Source: an uncultured Candidatus Saccharibacteria bacterium
GTDB lineage: Bacteria; Patescibacteriota; Minisyncoccia; Phycocordibacterales; Phycocordibacteraceae
Direction: 5' to 3'
DNA length: 64,000 bases
Assembly (NCBI GenBank): GCA_964507275.1
Contig: CAZDPG010000001.1
Coordinates: 404,577-468,576, forward strand
The notes under the pieces were generated by a model. The model worked only from the letters and a program-made list of their open reading frames with translations. It had not been told where the DNA came from and made no database searches. The translations under genes and the position numbers were made by a program. Below are positions 6,253 through 17,365 of this stretch, one piece after another (within the stretch, counting starts at the first letter, position 1; every line of letters begins with the position of its first letter).

Positions 6253-8870
6253 CGATACGTAGCACAGATATCGATAAACTTCTGTCGCATCCTTTCTGGA
6301 TGCTGCCAGCATCGGAAGTCGCTGCCCTCCTGAAAACAAACATACAGGAAGGGCTTTCCGAGCACGAGGCCGAGAGGCGGCTTGCGATCTTTGGGCCGAA
6401 CATTATCGAGGAATCGCGGAAGGCTCCGTGGCTCCTCATCCTCCTCAACCAATTCAAGAGTCCGCTTATCCTGATTCTGTTGTTCGCTGGCACAGCCACG
6501 GTCTTCATCGCTCACTACCGCGACGCGCTCTTCATTTTCTCTACCATCGTCGTCAATGCGCTCCTCGGCTTCTATCAGGAACATAAAGCTGAGAAGGCGC
6601 TCTCCGAAATAAAGACTTATCTCAAACAGCGATCGCGTGTCATCCGCGATGGTGTCGAGCGTGATATAGATGCAGCGCAGGTAGTTCCGGGAGATGTGAT
6701 ACGCATCGCGCAGGGCGATCGCGTGAGCGCAGACGGACGACTCGTGTTCGTAAACGATCTCCAAATCGACGAAGCGATTCTCACCGGAGAATCGCTCCCT
6801 TCAGCGAAATCAGCAAGCCCTGCGAGTCTCTCCGCAGGGCTTGCTGATCAGCGCTCTATGGCCTTCGCAGGGACACTCGTCACGCAAGGTATCGGCACGG
6901 CGATAGTATGCCGAACCGATTTCTCAACCGAGCTGGGAAAGATTGCAGCGCTCGTCGGCGAATCACACCGGGAGGAGACGCCGCTTCAGAAAGCAATTAA
7001 GACATTCAGCCTTCAAGCGGGAGTCCTCTTGAGCATCCTCACGCTCGCGGTTTTCGGTGCGGGGATTGCTCTTGGGTATTCCCATATGGACATGTTCCTC
7101 ACGTCCGTCGCCATTGCCGTCTCGGCGGTTCCCGAGGGCTTACCAGTGGCGATGACGGTCATCCTCGCAATAGGTGTGCAGCGCATGGCACGGCGCAAAG
7201 GCGTCATACGGAAACTCATCGCTGCCGAAGCACTCGGGAGCACGACGATTATCCTGACCGATAAGACCGGGACGCTCACCATGGCGAACATGGCGCTTAG
7301 CAAGCTATTGCCCACCCTAGGCGAAACTGAGGAATCGTTGCTCGACATGGCACTCCTCAATACGGACGTCCTCGTGGAGAACCCTGATGATCCTCCCTCA
7401 GAGTGGCGCATGAGCGGACGCGTACTGGAGGCCGCACTCACGCGCTCTGCGGCAGGGCGGGGTGGGAGAACTGCTGTGGAGATAAAGCTCGCGACTCCCG
7501 TCTTGAGCTTTCTGCCGTTCAATGCCGTTAATAAATTCTCCGCCTCGCTCACACACCTCCATGGGAAATATCTGCTGACCTTCTTCGGAGCGCCTGAAAC
7601 ATTCATCATGCACTCGACACTCTCACCAGTGGAGCAAGAAGAGGCTCTCAAGAAAATCGATGAGCTCGCACAATCGGGCGAACTCGTCATGGGTATAGCG
7701 ACGAAAGAGATCGAGAAGCCTGATGACTTCACGTTCTCGAATGACTTGAAATTCTCCCACCTTTCTTTCAGAGGGCTACTGACCTTGCGCGACCCTATCC
7801 GCCCGAATGTCAAAGAAGCCATACGCGATGTTGAGTTGGCGGGGATACGGACGATTATCATGACGGGAGATCATCGTGGCACAGCCGAGGCAATCGCACG
7901 CGAAGTCGGTATGGAAATCGACGAGCATAGCATCCTCGACGCCGGAGAGCTTCGTGGATTGACGGATGAGGAGCTGAAAGAGCGGTTGCCGCATATTCGC
8001 GTCATCGCGCGCGTCTCACCGCTCGACAAGATGCGTATCGTACAGATGTTTCAAAGCATGGGCGAAATCGTAGCGATGACTGGCGACGGGGTGAACGACG
8101 CGCCAAGCATTAAGCAAGCGGATATCGGCATCGCTATGGGATCAGGCACGGAAGTTTCTCGTAGCGTCGCGGACCTGGTACTCCTGGATGATAATTTTGA
8201 AACCATCGTCGCTGCCGTCGAAGAAGGACGGCAGATCATGCATAACATACGCAAGGTACTGGTGTACCTCCTCTCCTCTGTGGCAGACGAGCTCTTTCTT
8301 ATCGGCGGGGCGCTCGCAACCGGTCTTGTGCTCCCGCTGAATGCGCTCCAGATACTTTGGGTGAATTTCTTTTCAGATAGCTTCCCGGCGGTTGCATTCG
8401 CTTTCGAGAAGAATGCTGACGGACGGATGACCCGCCGACCGCAGAGCATACGCGACGGATTGTTCGATCCGGTGATGCGGTTTCTCATCCTTTCTATCGG
8501 CCTCTCCACAAGCGTCCTGCTCTTCTTCTTGTACTGGGCACTCCTGCGCGCAGGATTCCCTGAGGACATCGTGCGCACGTTCATCTTCGCAAGCTTCGGG
8601 AGCTATTCCTTATTCCTCGCGTTTTCTTTGCGGAGCTTGGAGAAGAGTATCTTCAGCTTCTCCCTGTTTTCTAATCGCTATCTGGTCGGCGGCGTGGGGA
8701 TCGGCATCACACTCTTGGGCATAGCGATCTATGTGCCTTTCTTCCAATCAATCCTCGACACTGTCGCCCTATCGCTTCCATGGGTTCTCGGCGTGGCGTC
8801 TGTCGGTGTGATAAATATCGTCGCAGTGGAGCTCGGTAAGTGGTTTTTCAGTCGGCGGCAGGCAGTATAG
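6249..8870 (+). CDS. P-type cation-transporting ATPase (P2-type Ca2+/Mg2+-like)
   Basis: DKTGTLT phosphorylation motif, TGDGVNDAPSIKQADIGIAMG hinge motif, cation-ATPase N-terminal and C-terminal TM bundles. The ORF track begins at 6081; the true start is ATG 6249 (MTIRSTDIDKLL...). Confidence 0.9.
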   Translation: MTIRSTDIDKLLSHPFWMLPASEVAALLKTNIQEGLSEHEAERRLAIFGPNIIEESRKAPWLLILLNQFKSPLILILLFAGTATVFIAHYRDALFIFSTIVVNALLGFYQEHKAEKALSEIKTYLKQRSRVIRDGVERDIDAAQVVPGDVIRIAQGDRVSADGRLVFVNDLQIDEAILTGESLPSAKSASPASLSAGLADQRSMAFAGTLVTQGIGTAIVCRTDFSTELGKIAALVGESHREETPLQKAIKTFSLQAGVLLSILTLAVFGAGIALGYSHMDMFLTSVAIAVSAVPEGLPVAMTVILAIGVQRMARRKGVIRKLIAAEALGSTTIILTDKTGTLTMANMALSKLLPTLGETEESLLDMALLNTDVLVENPDDPPSEWRMSGRVLEAALTRSAAGRGGRTAVEIKLATPVLSFLPFNAVNKFSASLTHLHGKYLLTFFGAPETFIMHSTLSPVEQEEALKKIDELAQSGELVMGIATKEIEKPDDFTFSNDLKFSHLSFRGLLTLRDPIRPNVKEAIRDVELAGIRTIIMTGDHRGTAEAIAREVGMEIDEHSILDAGELRGLTDEELKERLPHIRVIARVSPLDKMRIVQMFQSMGEIVAMTGDGVNDAPSIKQADIGIAMGSGTEVSRSVADLVLLDDNFETIVAAVEEGRQIMHNIRKVLVYLLSSVADELFLIGGALATGLVLPLNALQILWVNFFSDSFPAVAFAFEKNADGRMTRRPQSIRDGLFDPVMRFLILSIGLSTSVLLFFLYWALLRAGFPEDIVRTFIFASFGSYSLFLAFSLRSLEKSIFSFSLFSNRYLVGGVGIGITLLGIAIYVPFFQSILDTVALSLPWVLGVASVGVINIVAVELGKWFFSRRQAV

Positions 8871-8986
8871 TCTTTATTGACTTCCCTCCTGTTTTTACGT
8901 AAGGTAACCCTGCAATTAGCCGGATTTCCGGGTGTAATTCGCTGATCTTCAAGCAGCCAATCCCCCACCAACCAGAGGAGAGCTAT

Positions 8987-9631
8987 ATGAACGAACTTGA
9001 ACAAGCCAAGATGATTCTCACCCAGATGGGAGCGGTCATCACCGACAGTCACGTCGTCTACCCGTCGGGCAAACATGGCTCGACGTACATCGAGAAGGAT
9101 TTGCTCTATCCCTATCCATGGAAGACAGCCCGGCTCTGCGGGATAATCGCCGATCATTTCTGCGACGATAACGTGCGCGTGGTCATCGCTCCGTCGGCCG
9201 ATGGCATCGCCCTGTCCCAATGGACGGCGCATTTCCTTTCTCTCCCAATCGGAGCCCCTGAAATACTTGCTGTGCATGCCGATGAAGTCGAGGGCGACCT
9301 CATCATCAGCCGCGTTTACGAAAGGTTCATCCGCGACAAGCGCGTCCTCGTGGTCGACCACTCCCTCACCACTGATAGCGTCGTGAAGGATACGGTGAAA
9401 GCGGCACGGACGGCTGGCGGCATCGTCGTCGGTGTTGGCGTCCTCTGCAACTGCTGTGGCGAGGCGGCGCTCGATCTCGCCAGCGTCCCGAAGATCCTCG
9501 CGGTCGTAAACACGCCATTCGACTCGTGGAGCGAGGCAGACTGCCCGCTCTGCAAGCAGGGCATGCCGATCAATACGGATGTCGGCAAGGGACGCGAGTT
9601 CCTCGACGCGAAGATGCTGTATCAGGCGTGA
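8987..9631 (+). CDS. Type I phosphoribosyltransferase-domain protein (orotate-PRTase-like)
   Basis: 214 aa with a PRPP-binding loop KRVLVVDHSLTTDSVV. A good RBS gaggagagctatATG. The opposite-strand ORF 8729..9652 is R/D-rich shadow. Confidence 0.6.
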   Translation: MNELEQAKMILTQMGAVITDSHVVYPSGKHGSTYIEKDLLYPYPWKTARLCGIIADHFCDDNVRVVIAPSADGIALSQWTAHFLSLPIGAPEILAVHADEVEGDLIISRVYERFIRDKRVLVVDHSLTTDSVVKDTVKAARTAGGIVVGVGVLCNCCGEAALDLASVPKILAVVNTPFDSWSEADCPLCKQGMPINTDVGKGREFLDAKMLYQA

Positions 9632-9650
9632 TCTTCCGGTCCGCCTACTC

Positions 9651-9690
9651 AAGGCTCGTACTGTGTAGTGCGAGCCTTTCTTTATTTATC
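9651..9690 (+). terminator. Hairpin plus T-tract terminator after the PRTase gene (between convergent genes)
   Basis: aaggctcgtac tgtgta gtgcgagcctt followed by tctttatttat. Confidence 0.5.
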
Positions 9691-10810
9691 GTACGCTCGT
9701 GTAGCCGCCAGGGATGCCGGAGGGCGAAAGGACGATCTGCCAGAGATGAATCTTGCGGGCGCGGAATGCTCCAGCGCAGGAGAGCAGATAGTATTTCCAC
9801 ATCCTATAAAACCTCTCTCCATACTTCTCTTTCAAGTTCGGCCACGCCGCATCGAAGTTCTTGAACCACGCCATGAGCGTTGTATCATAATCCGGACCGA
9901 AATTGTGCCAGTCCTCCATCACGAAAAGACCCTCGCTCGCTTCCCCTATCCCCTGAATCGAAGGAATCACACCACCTGGAAAGATGTATTTATTAATCCA
10001 TGGGTCGCTCGTCGTGCGCGAAATATTATCGCCGATGGTGTGCAGGAGGAAGAGTCCGTCAGGCTTCAAGCAGCGGCGTGCGACTTCGAAATAGGTGCGG
10101 TAATTCTTCACGCCTACATGCTCGAACATGCCTAGGGAAACGATATGATCGAACTCCTCACGCATTTCGCGATAATCCTGAACGCGAATGTCGATAGGAA
10201 GACCTTTGCAGCGCTCACGTGCGAGCGCTGCCTGCTCTACTGAGACGGTGATACCGACAACCGTCGCTCCGTATTTCTCTGCAGCGAACTTCGCGAAACT
10301 CCCCCACCCGCACCCGATGTCCAATATCCTATCTCCCGACTTCAGTCCTATCTTCCGGCACACTAAATCAAGCTTCGCCTCCTGCGCTTCATCAAGCGTC
10401 GTTGCATCCTTCCAGTACCCGCACGTGTAGACCATTCGTTTGTCCAGCATCGCCTCGTATAGATCGTTCCCGAGATCGTAATGTGCCTCGCCCACGACGA
10501 ACGCGCGGGCACTCGATTGCAGATTGAATAGAAATGCCTTAGCGATAGCGAAGACGGATGCAACATTGAATTTAATCTCCTCTTCCAAACGCGCCGAGAG
10601 CACGTTATGGATGAACGCATCGATATGCTTTGCATCCCACCAGCCGTCCATGTATGCCTCGCCGAGACCGAGCGTTCCGAAGCGGATAACGCGATTGAAG
10701 AGCCGCCCGTCGTGGACGGTAATATCCTGCGGACGATTTCCCCCGATGGTTACATCGACTGTCTTGAGAAGATCCTCGACGAAGGCGCGGGCAGAAGCCA
10801 TACGCCGCAC
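9686..10810 (-). CDS. cfa: Cyclopropane-fatty-acyl-phospholipid synthase family SAM-dependent methyltransferase
   Basis: 374 aa with the SAM motif ILDIGCGWGSFAKFAAEKYGATVVGIT and the Cfa signature HIVSLGMFEHVG...YFPGGVIPS. Confidence 0.85.
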   Translation of the reverse strand: MRRMASARAFVEDLLKTVDVTIGGNRPQDITVHDGRLFNRVIRFGTLGLGEAYMDGWWDAKHIDAFIHNVLSARLEEEIKFNVASVFAIAKAFLFNLQSSARAFVVGEAHYDLGNDLYEAMLDKRMVYTCGYWKDATTLDEAQEAKLDLVCRKIGLKSGDRILDIGCGWGSFAKFAAEKYGATVVGITVSVEQAALARERCKGLPIDIRVQDYREMREEFDHIVSLGMFEHVGVKNYRTYFEVARRCLKPDGLFLLHTIGDNISRTTSDPWINKYIFPGGVIPSIQGIGEASEGLFVMEDWHNFGPDYDTTLMAWFKNFDAAWPNLKEKYGERFYRMWKYYLLSCAGAFRARKIHLWQIVLSPSGIPGGYTSVR

Positions 10811-10833
10811 TATACCCCGGTAATTATAAAAAG

Positions 10834-12618
10834 CTAGCGTCGTGCTTTCGCGCGATCGTTCTCCGTCAAATACTGTTTACGCAATCTCACCGACAGCGGC
10901 GTGACCTCGAGATACTCGTCTTCGTTCATGATCTCCATGCCGCGCTCGATCGAAAGGTCGAAGATCGGCACGAGTGTAAGAGCCTCGTCCATACCCGATG
11001 AGCGGACGTTCGACTGGTTCTTGCCCTTCGTGGGATTCGCAAGCATTTCCTCGCCCTTTGAAGTATTGCCGATGACCATACCCTCGTACACTTCGGTCGC
11101 TGGCTTGATGTAGAGCTGGCCTCGATCCTGCAAGTACCAGAGCGAGTAGCCGAGCGCCTTGCCGCTTGCCATCGAAATCATCGAACCGACTTGGCGGCGC
11201 TTGATCTCGCCGGCGTACGGCTTGAACTCGATGAAGCGCGAAGAGAGGATGCCCTCGCCCTTGGTGTCGACGACGAAGATGTTCTTGTAGCCAAGGAGTC
11301 CGCGGGTTGGCCCGAGCATCGTGAGGCGCACGAGGTTCTCGTGCTGGGTGAGGTTCTGGAGCACGAAAGCGCGCATGCCGAGCTTCTCAATGATAGCGCC
11401 CTGGAACTCGCTCGGCGTATCGATGATGACTTCCTCGAACGGTTCCATCTTCACGCCGTTCTCCTCGCGGATGATGACCTGCGGCTGAGAAACCTGGAGC
11501 TCATACCCCTCGCGACGCATGTTCTCAATCAAGACCGCAATGTGGAGCTCGCCACGACCGGAGACCTTGAAGGATTCTGAGCCGGAGAAGTCGACCTTGA
11601 GACCGACGTTCACCTCGAGCTCTTTCTCGAGGCGGTCGCGAATCTGGCGGCTCGTCACATACTTGCCTTCTCGCCCGGCAAAAGGAGAGTTATTCACGAG
11701 GAAGTTGAGCGAGATTGTCGGCTCATCCACCGCAATAGCCGGGAGTGGCGTTGCGTTCTCGTCAGACGTGATGGTCTCGCCGATATAGGTATCAGGGAGG
11801 CCGGCGATGAGCACAATGTCGCCTGCTTTTGCCTCAGCAGTCTCGACGCGCTCGAGACCCTTGAAGGTAAACATCTTCGTAATCTTGCCCGGGATTGTCT
11901 CGCCATTCGTTTTCTTCTCGAACACGTTCTGATTCGTACGTACCGTACCCGCGTAGATACGAGCAACGGCAAGTCGACCCAAGAAATTGTCATAAGCGAG
12001 ATTGAAAGGCTGCATCATGAGCGGTGCCTCGGCATCGGCGTGCATGTTTGCTGCCGGGACCTTCTCGAGGATCATGTCGAGGAGCGGAGTGAGATCCTTA
12101 CGCTCGTCCGAGAGATTCTTCATCGCAAGACCTTCGCGACCGATTGAATAGATTACCGGGAAATCACACTGTTCGTCAGAAGCCCCGAGTTCCATGAAAA
12201 GTTCGAGCACCTGGTCATGCGCGCGCGCAGGATCGGCTGCTGGTTTGTCGATCTTGTTCAAGACGACAATAGGCTTCAATCCGAGATCGAGCGACTTCTT
12301 GAGTACGAAACGGGTCTGCGGCATCGGACCCTCCTGAGCATCGACGACAAGGAGCACCGAGTCGATCGAGCGGAGCACGCGCTCCACCTCGCTACCGAAG
12401 TCAGCGTGGCCCGGTGTGTCGACGATGTTGATCTTGGTGCCCTTGTACTCGACGGCCGCATTCTTGGCATAGATGGTGATGCCGCGCTCGCGTTCGATAG
12501 TATTGCTGTCCATCGTGGTGCCCTCGGGTGAGGCGCCGGTCTGCTTAAGAATAGCGTCAGTCAAAGCCGTCTTCCCGTGGTCGACGTGCGCGATGATAGC
12601 GATATTGCGTATTTCCAT
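10834..12618 (-). CDS. typA: Translational GTPase TypA/BipA
   Basis: 594 aa with G1 [23 protein letters not shown], and EF-G-like domains. Confidence 0.9.
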   Translation of the reverse strand: MEIRNIAIIAHVDHGKTALTDAILKQTGASPEGTTMDSNTIERERGITIYAKNAAVEYKGTKINIVDTPGHADFGSEVERVLRSIDSVLLVVDAQEGPMPQTRFVLKKSLDLGLKPIVVLNKIDKPAADPARAHDQVLELFMELGASDEQCDFPVIYSIGREGLAMKNLSDERKDLTPLLDMILEKVPAANMHADAEAPLMMQPFNLAYDNFLGRLAVARIYAGTVRTNQNVFEKKTNGETIPGKITKMFTFKGLERVETAEAKAGDIVLIAGLPDTYIGETITSDENATPLPAIAVDEPTISLNFLVNNSPFAGREGKYVTSRQIRDRLEKELEVNVGLKVDFSGSESFKVSGRGELHIAVLIENMRREGYELQVSQPQVIIREENGVKMEPFEEVIIDTPSEFQGAIIEKLGMRAFVLQNLTQHENLVRLTMLGPTRGLLGYKNIFVVDTKGEGILSSRFIEFKPYAGEIKRRQVGSMISMASGKALGYSLWYLQDRGQLYIKPATEVYEGMVIGNTSKGEEMLANPTKGKNQSNVRSSGMDEALTLVPIFDLSIERGMEIMNEDEYLEVTPLSVRLRKQYLTENDRAKARR

Positions 12619-12628
12619 AAAAATAAAA

Positions 12629-12642
12629 AAGGCCCGTGGGCG
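12629..12642 (-). terminator. Small hairpin plus T-run downstream of mntH (weak)
   Basis: On the minus strand cgcccacgggcc is followed by ttttttatttttat. Confidence 0.3.
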
Positions 12643-12682
12643 ATAGATTCACTATATAACAAATCGTTGTGGATGCAAGTCT

Positions 12683-14062
12683 TTAGAGAAAGAGGGTCGC
12701 AACCGCGGCAATGCCTGAAATTGCCATGATGACGATAGTGACCCAGCCGATGCCGGACGCAAGCGGCCCGTTCGCATGCTCACCCATAAGCCGCTTATTC
12801 CCCGAGAGCCGGACGACGAAATACAGTATGACCGGCGCGATGATCCCATTGGCGACGGCGGCATAGATAAGCGCCTTGATGGGGTCGAGGTGCACGAAGT
12901 TCGCGGCAATGCCGAGAACCATGGAGATGATGATGACGCCATAAAACGCGTGCGCTTGCTTCAGTTTGCGGTAGAGACCGTACTTCCACCCGAAGCTCTC
13001 ACTAATCGCGTACGCGGTCGAGCCGGCGAATATTGGCACGGCGAGCAGTCCCGTTCCGACGATACCGAGAGCGAAGAGGAGGAACGCGAACTCGCCGAAC
13101 GGCTTCAGGGCAGATGCCGCCTGATCCGCCGTCGCAATGTCCGTGATGCCGTTCACATACAGCGTGCCGGCACAAGCGGCGAAGATGAAGAATGAAACGA
13201 TGTTGGAGAACGCCATGCCGCTCCACACGTCGATCCTCATGTTCTTGATCGCCTCCGGATTCACTTGCGCGCGCCGCGCGGCGATGGTCGTTTCGCCTCG
13301 CAAGATATCTTCCTCAACTTCTTGGGAGGTCTGCCAGAAGAAGAGATACGGTGAGATAGTTGTCCCGAGCACGGCGCAGATGAGGAATATCTGCTCTTTC
13401 GAGAACGAGAGTGAGGGGATGAGCGTGTGCCGCAGGACGTCAGCCCAGTCGAGATTCACTGAGAACGCGACGACGACATAGGAAAGAAGTACGAATGTCA
13501 GGTATTTGAGATATCTTGCGTACTGCGCGTACGACGTGAATATCTGGAGCACGAGACTCACGAGAGCGAAGAACACGACGAGCGAACCGAAACCGATACG
13601 CGGGAAGAGCAGCTGCGATGCGGCCGCCATCGCTCCCAGGTCAGCGGCGATGTTGAGCGTATTGGCGAAGAAAAGGAGCCCCGTCGCCACATAGAGCGCA
13701 CGCGGTGAGTAATGCTTGCGGATATTGGCTGCAAGCCCCTGGCCTGAGACCAGGCCGATGCGGGCACACATCTCCTGCACGGTTGCCATGAGCGGATAGG
13801 TGAACAGGGAAAGCCAAATAAGTTGCAATCCGTACTTAGCCCCCACCTGCGAATACGTCGCAATGCCGGACGGATCGTCGTCGGCAGCCCCGGTGGTGAG
13901 CCCCGGACCGAGTGTCTTCCAGTATTCCCGAGCGCGCTTCAGAGGGAATCGGGTAACGACGATTTCTTCCTCTCGTTCTATGAAAACAACACTCTCTTCC
14001 AGCACGCGCGCGGGCGCTCCCATTGCCTGTTCGAAATCCTTGCCAAGCGCATCTTTCTTCAT
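12683..14062 (-). CDS. mntH: NRAMP-family divalent metal (Mn2+/Fe2+) transporter
   Basis: 459 aa with 11-12 TM helices and NRAMP motifs (DPSGIATYSQ...GAKYGLQLIW; MGAAS-like region). Confidence 0.85.
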   Translation of the reverse strand: MKKDALGKDFEQAMGAPARVLEESVVFIEREEEIVVTRFPLKRAREYWKTLGPGLTTGAADDDPSGIATYSQVGAKYGLQLIWLSLFTYPLMATVQEMCARIGLVSGQGLAANIRKHYSPRALYVATGLLFFANTLNIAADLGAMAAASQLLFPRIGFGSLVVFFALVSLVLQIFTSYAQYARYLKYLTFVLLSYVVVAFSVNLDWADVLRHTLIPSLSFSKEQIFLICAVLGTTISPYLFFWQTSQEVEEDILRGETTIAARRAQVNPEAIKNMRIDVWSGMAFSNIVSFFIFAACAGTLYVNGITDIATADQAASALKPFGEFAFLLFALGIVGTGLLAVPIFAGSTAYAISESFGWKYGLYRKLKQAHAFYGVIIISMVLGIAANFVHLDPIKALIYAAVANGIIAPVILYFVVRLSGNKRLMGEHANGPLASGIGWVTIVIMAISGIAAVATLFL

Positions 14063-14140
14063 GTTGGTGCCATTATCATACCCTGTAATGCCGGCCTCAC
14101 CATTGTGGTGGCTGGATAAGGGAGTGGTTGCCGGACGTGG

Positions 14141-15607
14141 TTATTTCTCCAAATCGAGAATGTCGTCGATACGAATCTGTTCGACGAATTCCGGCACGTG
14201 CGAGACGAGAATCATCGCTCCTTCGTAGGCACTGAGAGCCTTGGCGATGATGGGTAAGTGGCGGAAGTTGATGTGATTCGTCGGTTCGTCGAGGATGAGG
14301 AGTCCGGGGCGCTCGAGCACCAACGAAGCAAAGGCGACCAGACCCTTCTGTCCTTCCGAGAGACTGCCGATCTTGGTGTAGACGACATCGCCCGTAAGCA
14401 GGAATCCGGCAGCAACCGTACGCATTCGCTTTTCATCTGGTTGCCCCATCGCGACCATGAGCGCGTCGAAGACGGTCTGGTTGAAGTCGAGCGTCGAGAA
14501 GTCTTGGCGGTAATAGCCGACCTTCACACCCTCAGTGATAGTCGCGCCCTCTGCCACCCCCTTCGCGATTGCTTCCAAGAGGGTGCTCTTACCGATGCCG
14601 TTCGGTCCGCGCAGGAGCAAGTGATTATTCTTACGGAGCGCGATGTTCGCCTTCTTCTCGACCGGTTTTCCTTTCGGCGATAGCACCGAGTATCCCGAGA
14701 GAGCGAAGACGACGCCGCTCAAGTCTTCTTGCGCGGGAATCGTGAACGGACGAATAGTCCTGTCCTCTTTGCGCACATCGACCTTCTCCTCTTCCATCTC
14801 CTCAACTTCGGTGCGCATCTTCTTGGCAACGAGACGCATCTTCCCTCCCTTCTGCGCGAAGAAGTTCGCCTTATCCTTGTTCTCCTGGATCTTCTTCTCG
14901 AGCTGAGCGTTCTTCCGATTCTCCTTGTCGATACGAATCAGGATGTCGCGCTGCACATCGTGATAGTTGCCCGGATACTGCTCTATCTTGCGAGTGAAGA
15001 CGTCGAGATAGAGGACCCCAGTGGTGAATGCGTTTAAGAACTCAGCATCGTGCGAAATGACGACACAGGTCTTGTCATAATCGACGAGGAACTGTGTGAG
15101 GTGCTCGATACCCGCCTTGTCGAGGTTGTTCGTAGGCTCATCCAAGAGCAGTAGATCGGGGTCCTGGATGAGTGCCGAGGCGAGAAGAAGACGTGCCTGC
15201 TGCCCACCCGAGAAACTCTTCACAATCCTCTCATGCAGTTTCTCGTGGTGTTTCAGATTCACCACCTCGAGCACCTCATCGATCTTCGGGTCAATATCGT
15301 ACACCTTCTTATCGAAATAGGATTGGAAGAAATCGCGGACGGTGAGCTCCATCTTCTCGCGAGGAATCACCTGCGACGCTATCGCTACCTTCATACCATG
15401 CGATGTGTGTATCTCGCCGTTCTCAGGCTTCAAGCTGCCCGTCATGAGCGAGAAGAGCGTCGACTTCCCTGCGCCGTTCTGACCCATCACGGCCATCTTC
15501 ATCCCGCGGCGCAGCGTAAAGCTCACCTCGTCGAGGATCGGCTTGTTGTGTCCGTATTCGAAGGAGACTTCTTCGAAATTAATAACGCTCTCTTCGCGTG
15601 CCATCAT
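14141..15607 (-). CDS. ABC-F family ATPase (two ABC domains, no TMD; EttA/Uup-like translation factor)
   Basis: 488 aa with two Walker A motifs (GQNGAGKST, GPNGIGKST), two LSGGQ-like signatures and an inter-domain linker. Confidence 0.85.
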   Translation of the reverse strand: MMAREESVINFEEVSFEYGHNKPILDEVSFTLRRGMKMAVMGQNGAGKSTLFSLMTGSLKPENGEIHTSHGMKVAIASQVIPREKMELTVRDFFQSYFDKKVYDIDPKIDEVLEVVNLKHHEKLHERIVKSFSGGQQARLLLASALIQDPDLLLLDEPTNNLDKAGIEHLTQFLVDYDKTCVVISHDAEFLNAFTTGVLYLDVFTRKIEQYPGNYHDVQRDILIRIDKENRKNAQLEKKIQENKDKANFFAQKGGKMRLVAKKMRTEVEEMEEEKVDVRKEDRTIRPFTIPAQEDLSGVVFALSGYSVLSPKGKPVEKKANIALRKNNHLLLRGPNGIGKSTLLEAIAKGVAEGATITEGVKVGYYRQDFSTLDFNQTVFDALMVAMGQPDEKRMRTVAAGFLLTGDVVYTKIGSLSEGQKGLVAFASLVLERPGLLILDEPTNHINFRHLPIIAKALSAYEGAMILVSHVPEFVEQIRIDDILDLEK

Positions 15608-15696
15608 TCCACCCTACCTTACTTCGCATTAAAATGGAAAGGCTGTATAGTGCCCGTATGCCAAAGACGCCTCCCGAAGCTAAAGACGGATACCCA

Positions 15697-16407
15697 ATGC
15701 GCATCAACAAATACCTCGCCCATGAGGGTATCGCGACGCGCCGGGCAGCTGACGAGCTCATCGCCAAGAAGCGCGTGCTCATAAACGGCAAGGTTGCCGT
15801 CCTCGGCGGCAAGGTGATGGAGAGCGACCGAGTCGAGCTCGTCGGCACGATGACGCCGAAGAAGTTCCTCTACTTCGCGTACAACAAGCCAATCGGCGTC
15901 ATCACCCACTCGCCGCAGATGGGCGAGAAAGATATCAAGCAGAGCGTTGCGGGAGCGAAGAGGAAAAACAGTGAGATGTCAGACGTCTTCCCCGTCGGCC
16001 GCCTCGACAAGGACTCGAGCGGACTCATCATTCTCACCAACGATGGTCGCGTGACCGACCGCCTCCTCAATCCTGACTATGATCACGACAAAGAATACCG
16101 CGTACGTACCCTCGAACCTTTGCGCGAGAGTTTCAAGAAAGCGATGGAAGGCGGCGTGAACATCGAAGGCTACCTGACCGCGCCGTGCTCGGTGCGCAAG
16201 ACTGGCCCGAAGAGTTTCAATATCACCCTCACTGAGGGCAAGAAGCACCAGATCCGCCGCATGGTTGCCGCGCTCCATAACCAAGTCGTTGATCTCGAGC
16301 GCGTACGCATTCTTAATATCCGGCTCGAGGACCTCGCCCCGAACGCCACGCGCCCTATCACGGGCGACGAGCTCACGACATTCCTCTCGACTATCGGGAT
16401 GAAATAA
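15697..16407 (+). CDS. RsuA/RluB-family 16S/23S rRNA pseudouridine synthase (S4 domain plus PseudoU_synth_2)
   Basis: MRINKYLAHEGIATRRAADELI (S4), then the catalytic PVGRLDKDSSGLIILTNDG. The ORF track starts at 15598; in-frame ATGs occur at 15634, 15658 and 15697, and the last aligns with canonical RsuA N-termini. Confidence 0.75.
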   Translation: MRINKYLAHEGIATRRAADELIAKKRVLINGKVAVLGGKVMESDRVELVGTMTPKKFLYFAYNKPIGVITHSPQMGEKDIKQSVAGAKRKNSEMSDVFPVGRLDKDSSGLIILTNDGRVTDRLLNPDYDHDKEYRVRTLEPLRESFKKAMEGGVNIEGYLTAPCSVRKTGPKSFNITLTEGKKHQIRRMVAALHNQVVDLERVRILNIRLEDLAPNATRPITGDELTTFLSTIGMK

Positions 16408-17337
16408 TTAGATTTCGTAACCGAAATCACGAACCAATTCTTCAAAAGTCATCAGTTTCCTCCTATCAACCTTTGACTGCGCTCTCTGGATATTAGCATC
16501 GAAGTGGGTGAAGAGTCTCCGAATGGAGCGCTCCATGTCCTCAGGAAGACCTTCCAACTCTTTGTCGAGCGATGCTTCGCGGCCCTGCGCGAACGCAATC
16601 TGATTCGCTGTCCAATCGAGCATTCTCTTTGTGAGCGCCTCTTTCTGCTCATCAGAGAGCGTCTGCGGCGACTGGAGCGCTTCAAGCACGTCGATATTTT
16701 CTTCGCGGAAAATCGCGTTCCCGTCATGCACGAAAGAATCCGGTTCTTCCATGCCCGCCGTCCCGAGATCAGCGAGTGCAAGTGCTCGTGTCACGAGTTC
16801 CGATGTTCTCGTCATGAGTCGCTCCTGCACCGTCGCGGCATCGATACTCTCAATCAGGTTCGGCTGCGTGGCCGTCTTCTTTTCCATATCGAAGCCAGGA
16901 ATCGTCGCCTGAATGGCTTCGCGCACCGTCTCCATATCTTCCTCATCGAAAATCGAAGGATAGGTGCGCATAAACGCAACCGCTTCGTCAGCACTCGCGT
17001 CCTCGTTCTTCTCGATAAACCGAACCCGCTTTTTCACGCCGCTGTTCGCATCCACGGTTATCTCGTATTCCTGGACGGTGTCGTGACTCGCCGCGACGAA
17101 TTCCCCAAGCCGGACGAGGCGCTCGCTCGCCCCCACCGCTTCAAGGATCTTTTTTGTCCGCTCGATGACGCCCCTGGTGTGTTGGGTATTGTGAAAGGCG
17201 AGATTATCAAACGGATTGTCCGAGTACTCAAACCGCTGACTGATAATCGTAAGCGCCTTGATAATACCGTCCTCAATAGCCTTCTCAAACGTGACGCGGT
17301 GCGCTTCTGGTGCCCCGCCAACATGTAGCCATTCCAT
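16408..17337 (-). CDS. Hypothetical acidic protein
   Basis: 309 aa with normal amino-acid composition. The opposite-strand ORF 16504..17328 is Arg-rich shadow. Confidence 0.45.
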   Translation of the reverse strand: MEWLHVGGAPEAHRVTFEKAIEDGIIKALTIISQRFEYSDNPFDNLAFHNTQHTRGVIERTKKILEAVGASERLVRLGEFVAASHDTVQEYEITVDANSGVKKRVRFIEKNEDASADEAVAFMRTYPSIFDEEDMETVREAIQATIPGFDMEKKTATQPNLIESIDAATVQERLMTRTSELVTRALALADLGTAGMEEPDSFVHDGNAIFREENIDVLEALQSPQTLSDEQKEALTKRMLDWTANQIAFAQGREASLDKELEGLPEDMERSIRRLFTHFDANIQRAQSKVDRRKLMTFEELVRDFGYEI

Positions 17338-17365
17338 ATCTGATTAGTATATCAGGATACCAGTC

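Noticed and set aside
5625-6764. 379-aa minus-strand ORF spanning the small membrane gene and the ATPase start
   Set aside because: High-GC shadow ORF. It is antisense to a P-type ATPase with canonical motifs, and its composition is R/S/P-rich. Similar long antisense ORFs were dismissed for the same reason: 7013..7861, 8051..8584, 8729..9652, 16504..17328, 20801..21910, 27107..27925, 47912..48648, 51900..52724 and 58203..58940.
14063-14140. Possible Mn-sensing riboswitch upstream of the mntH gene
   Set aside because: The leader is only ~78 nt and shows no yybP-ykoY-like paired elements. MntH importers are usually MntR-regulated, not riboswitch-regulated.
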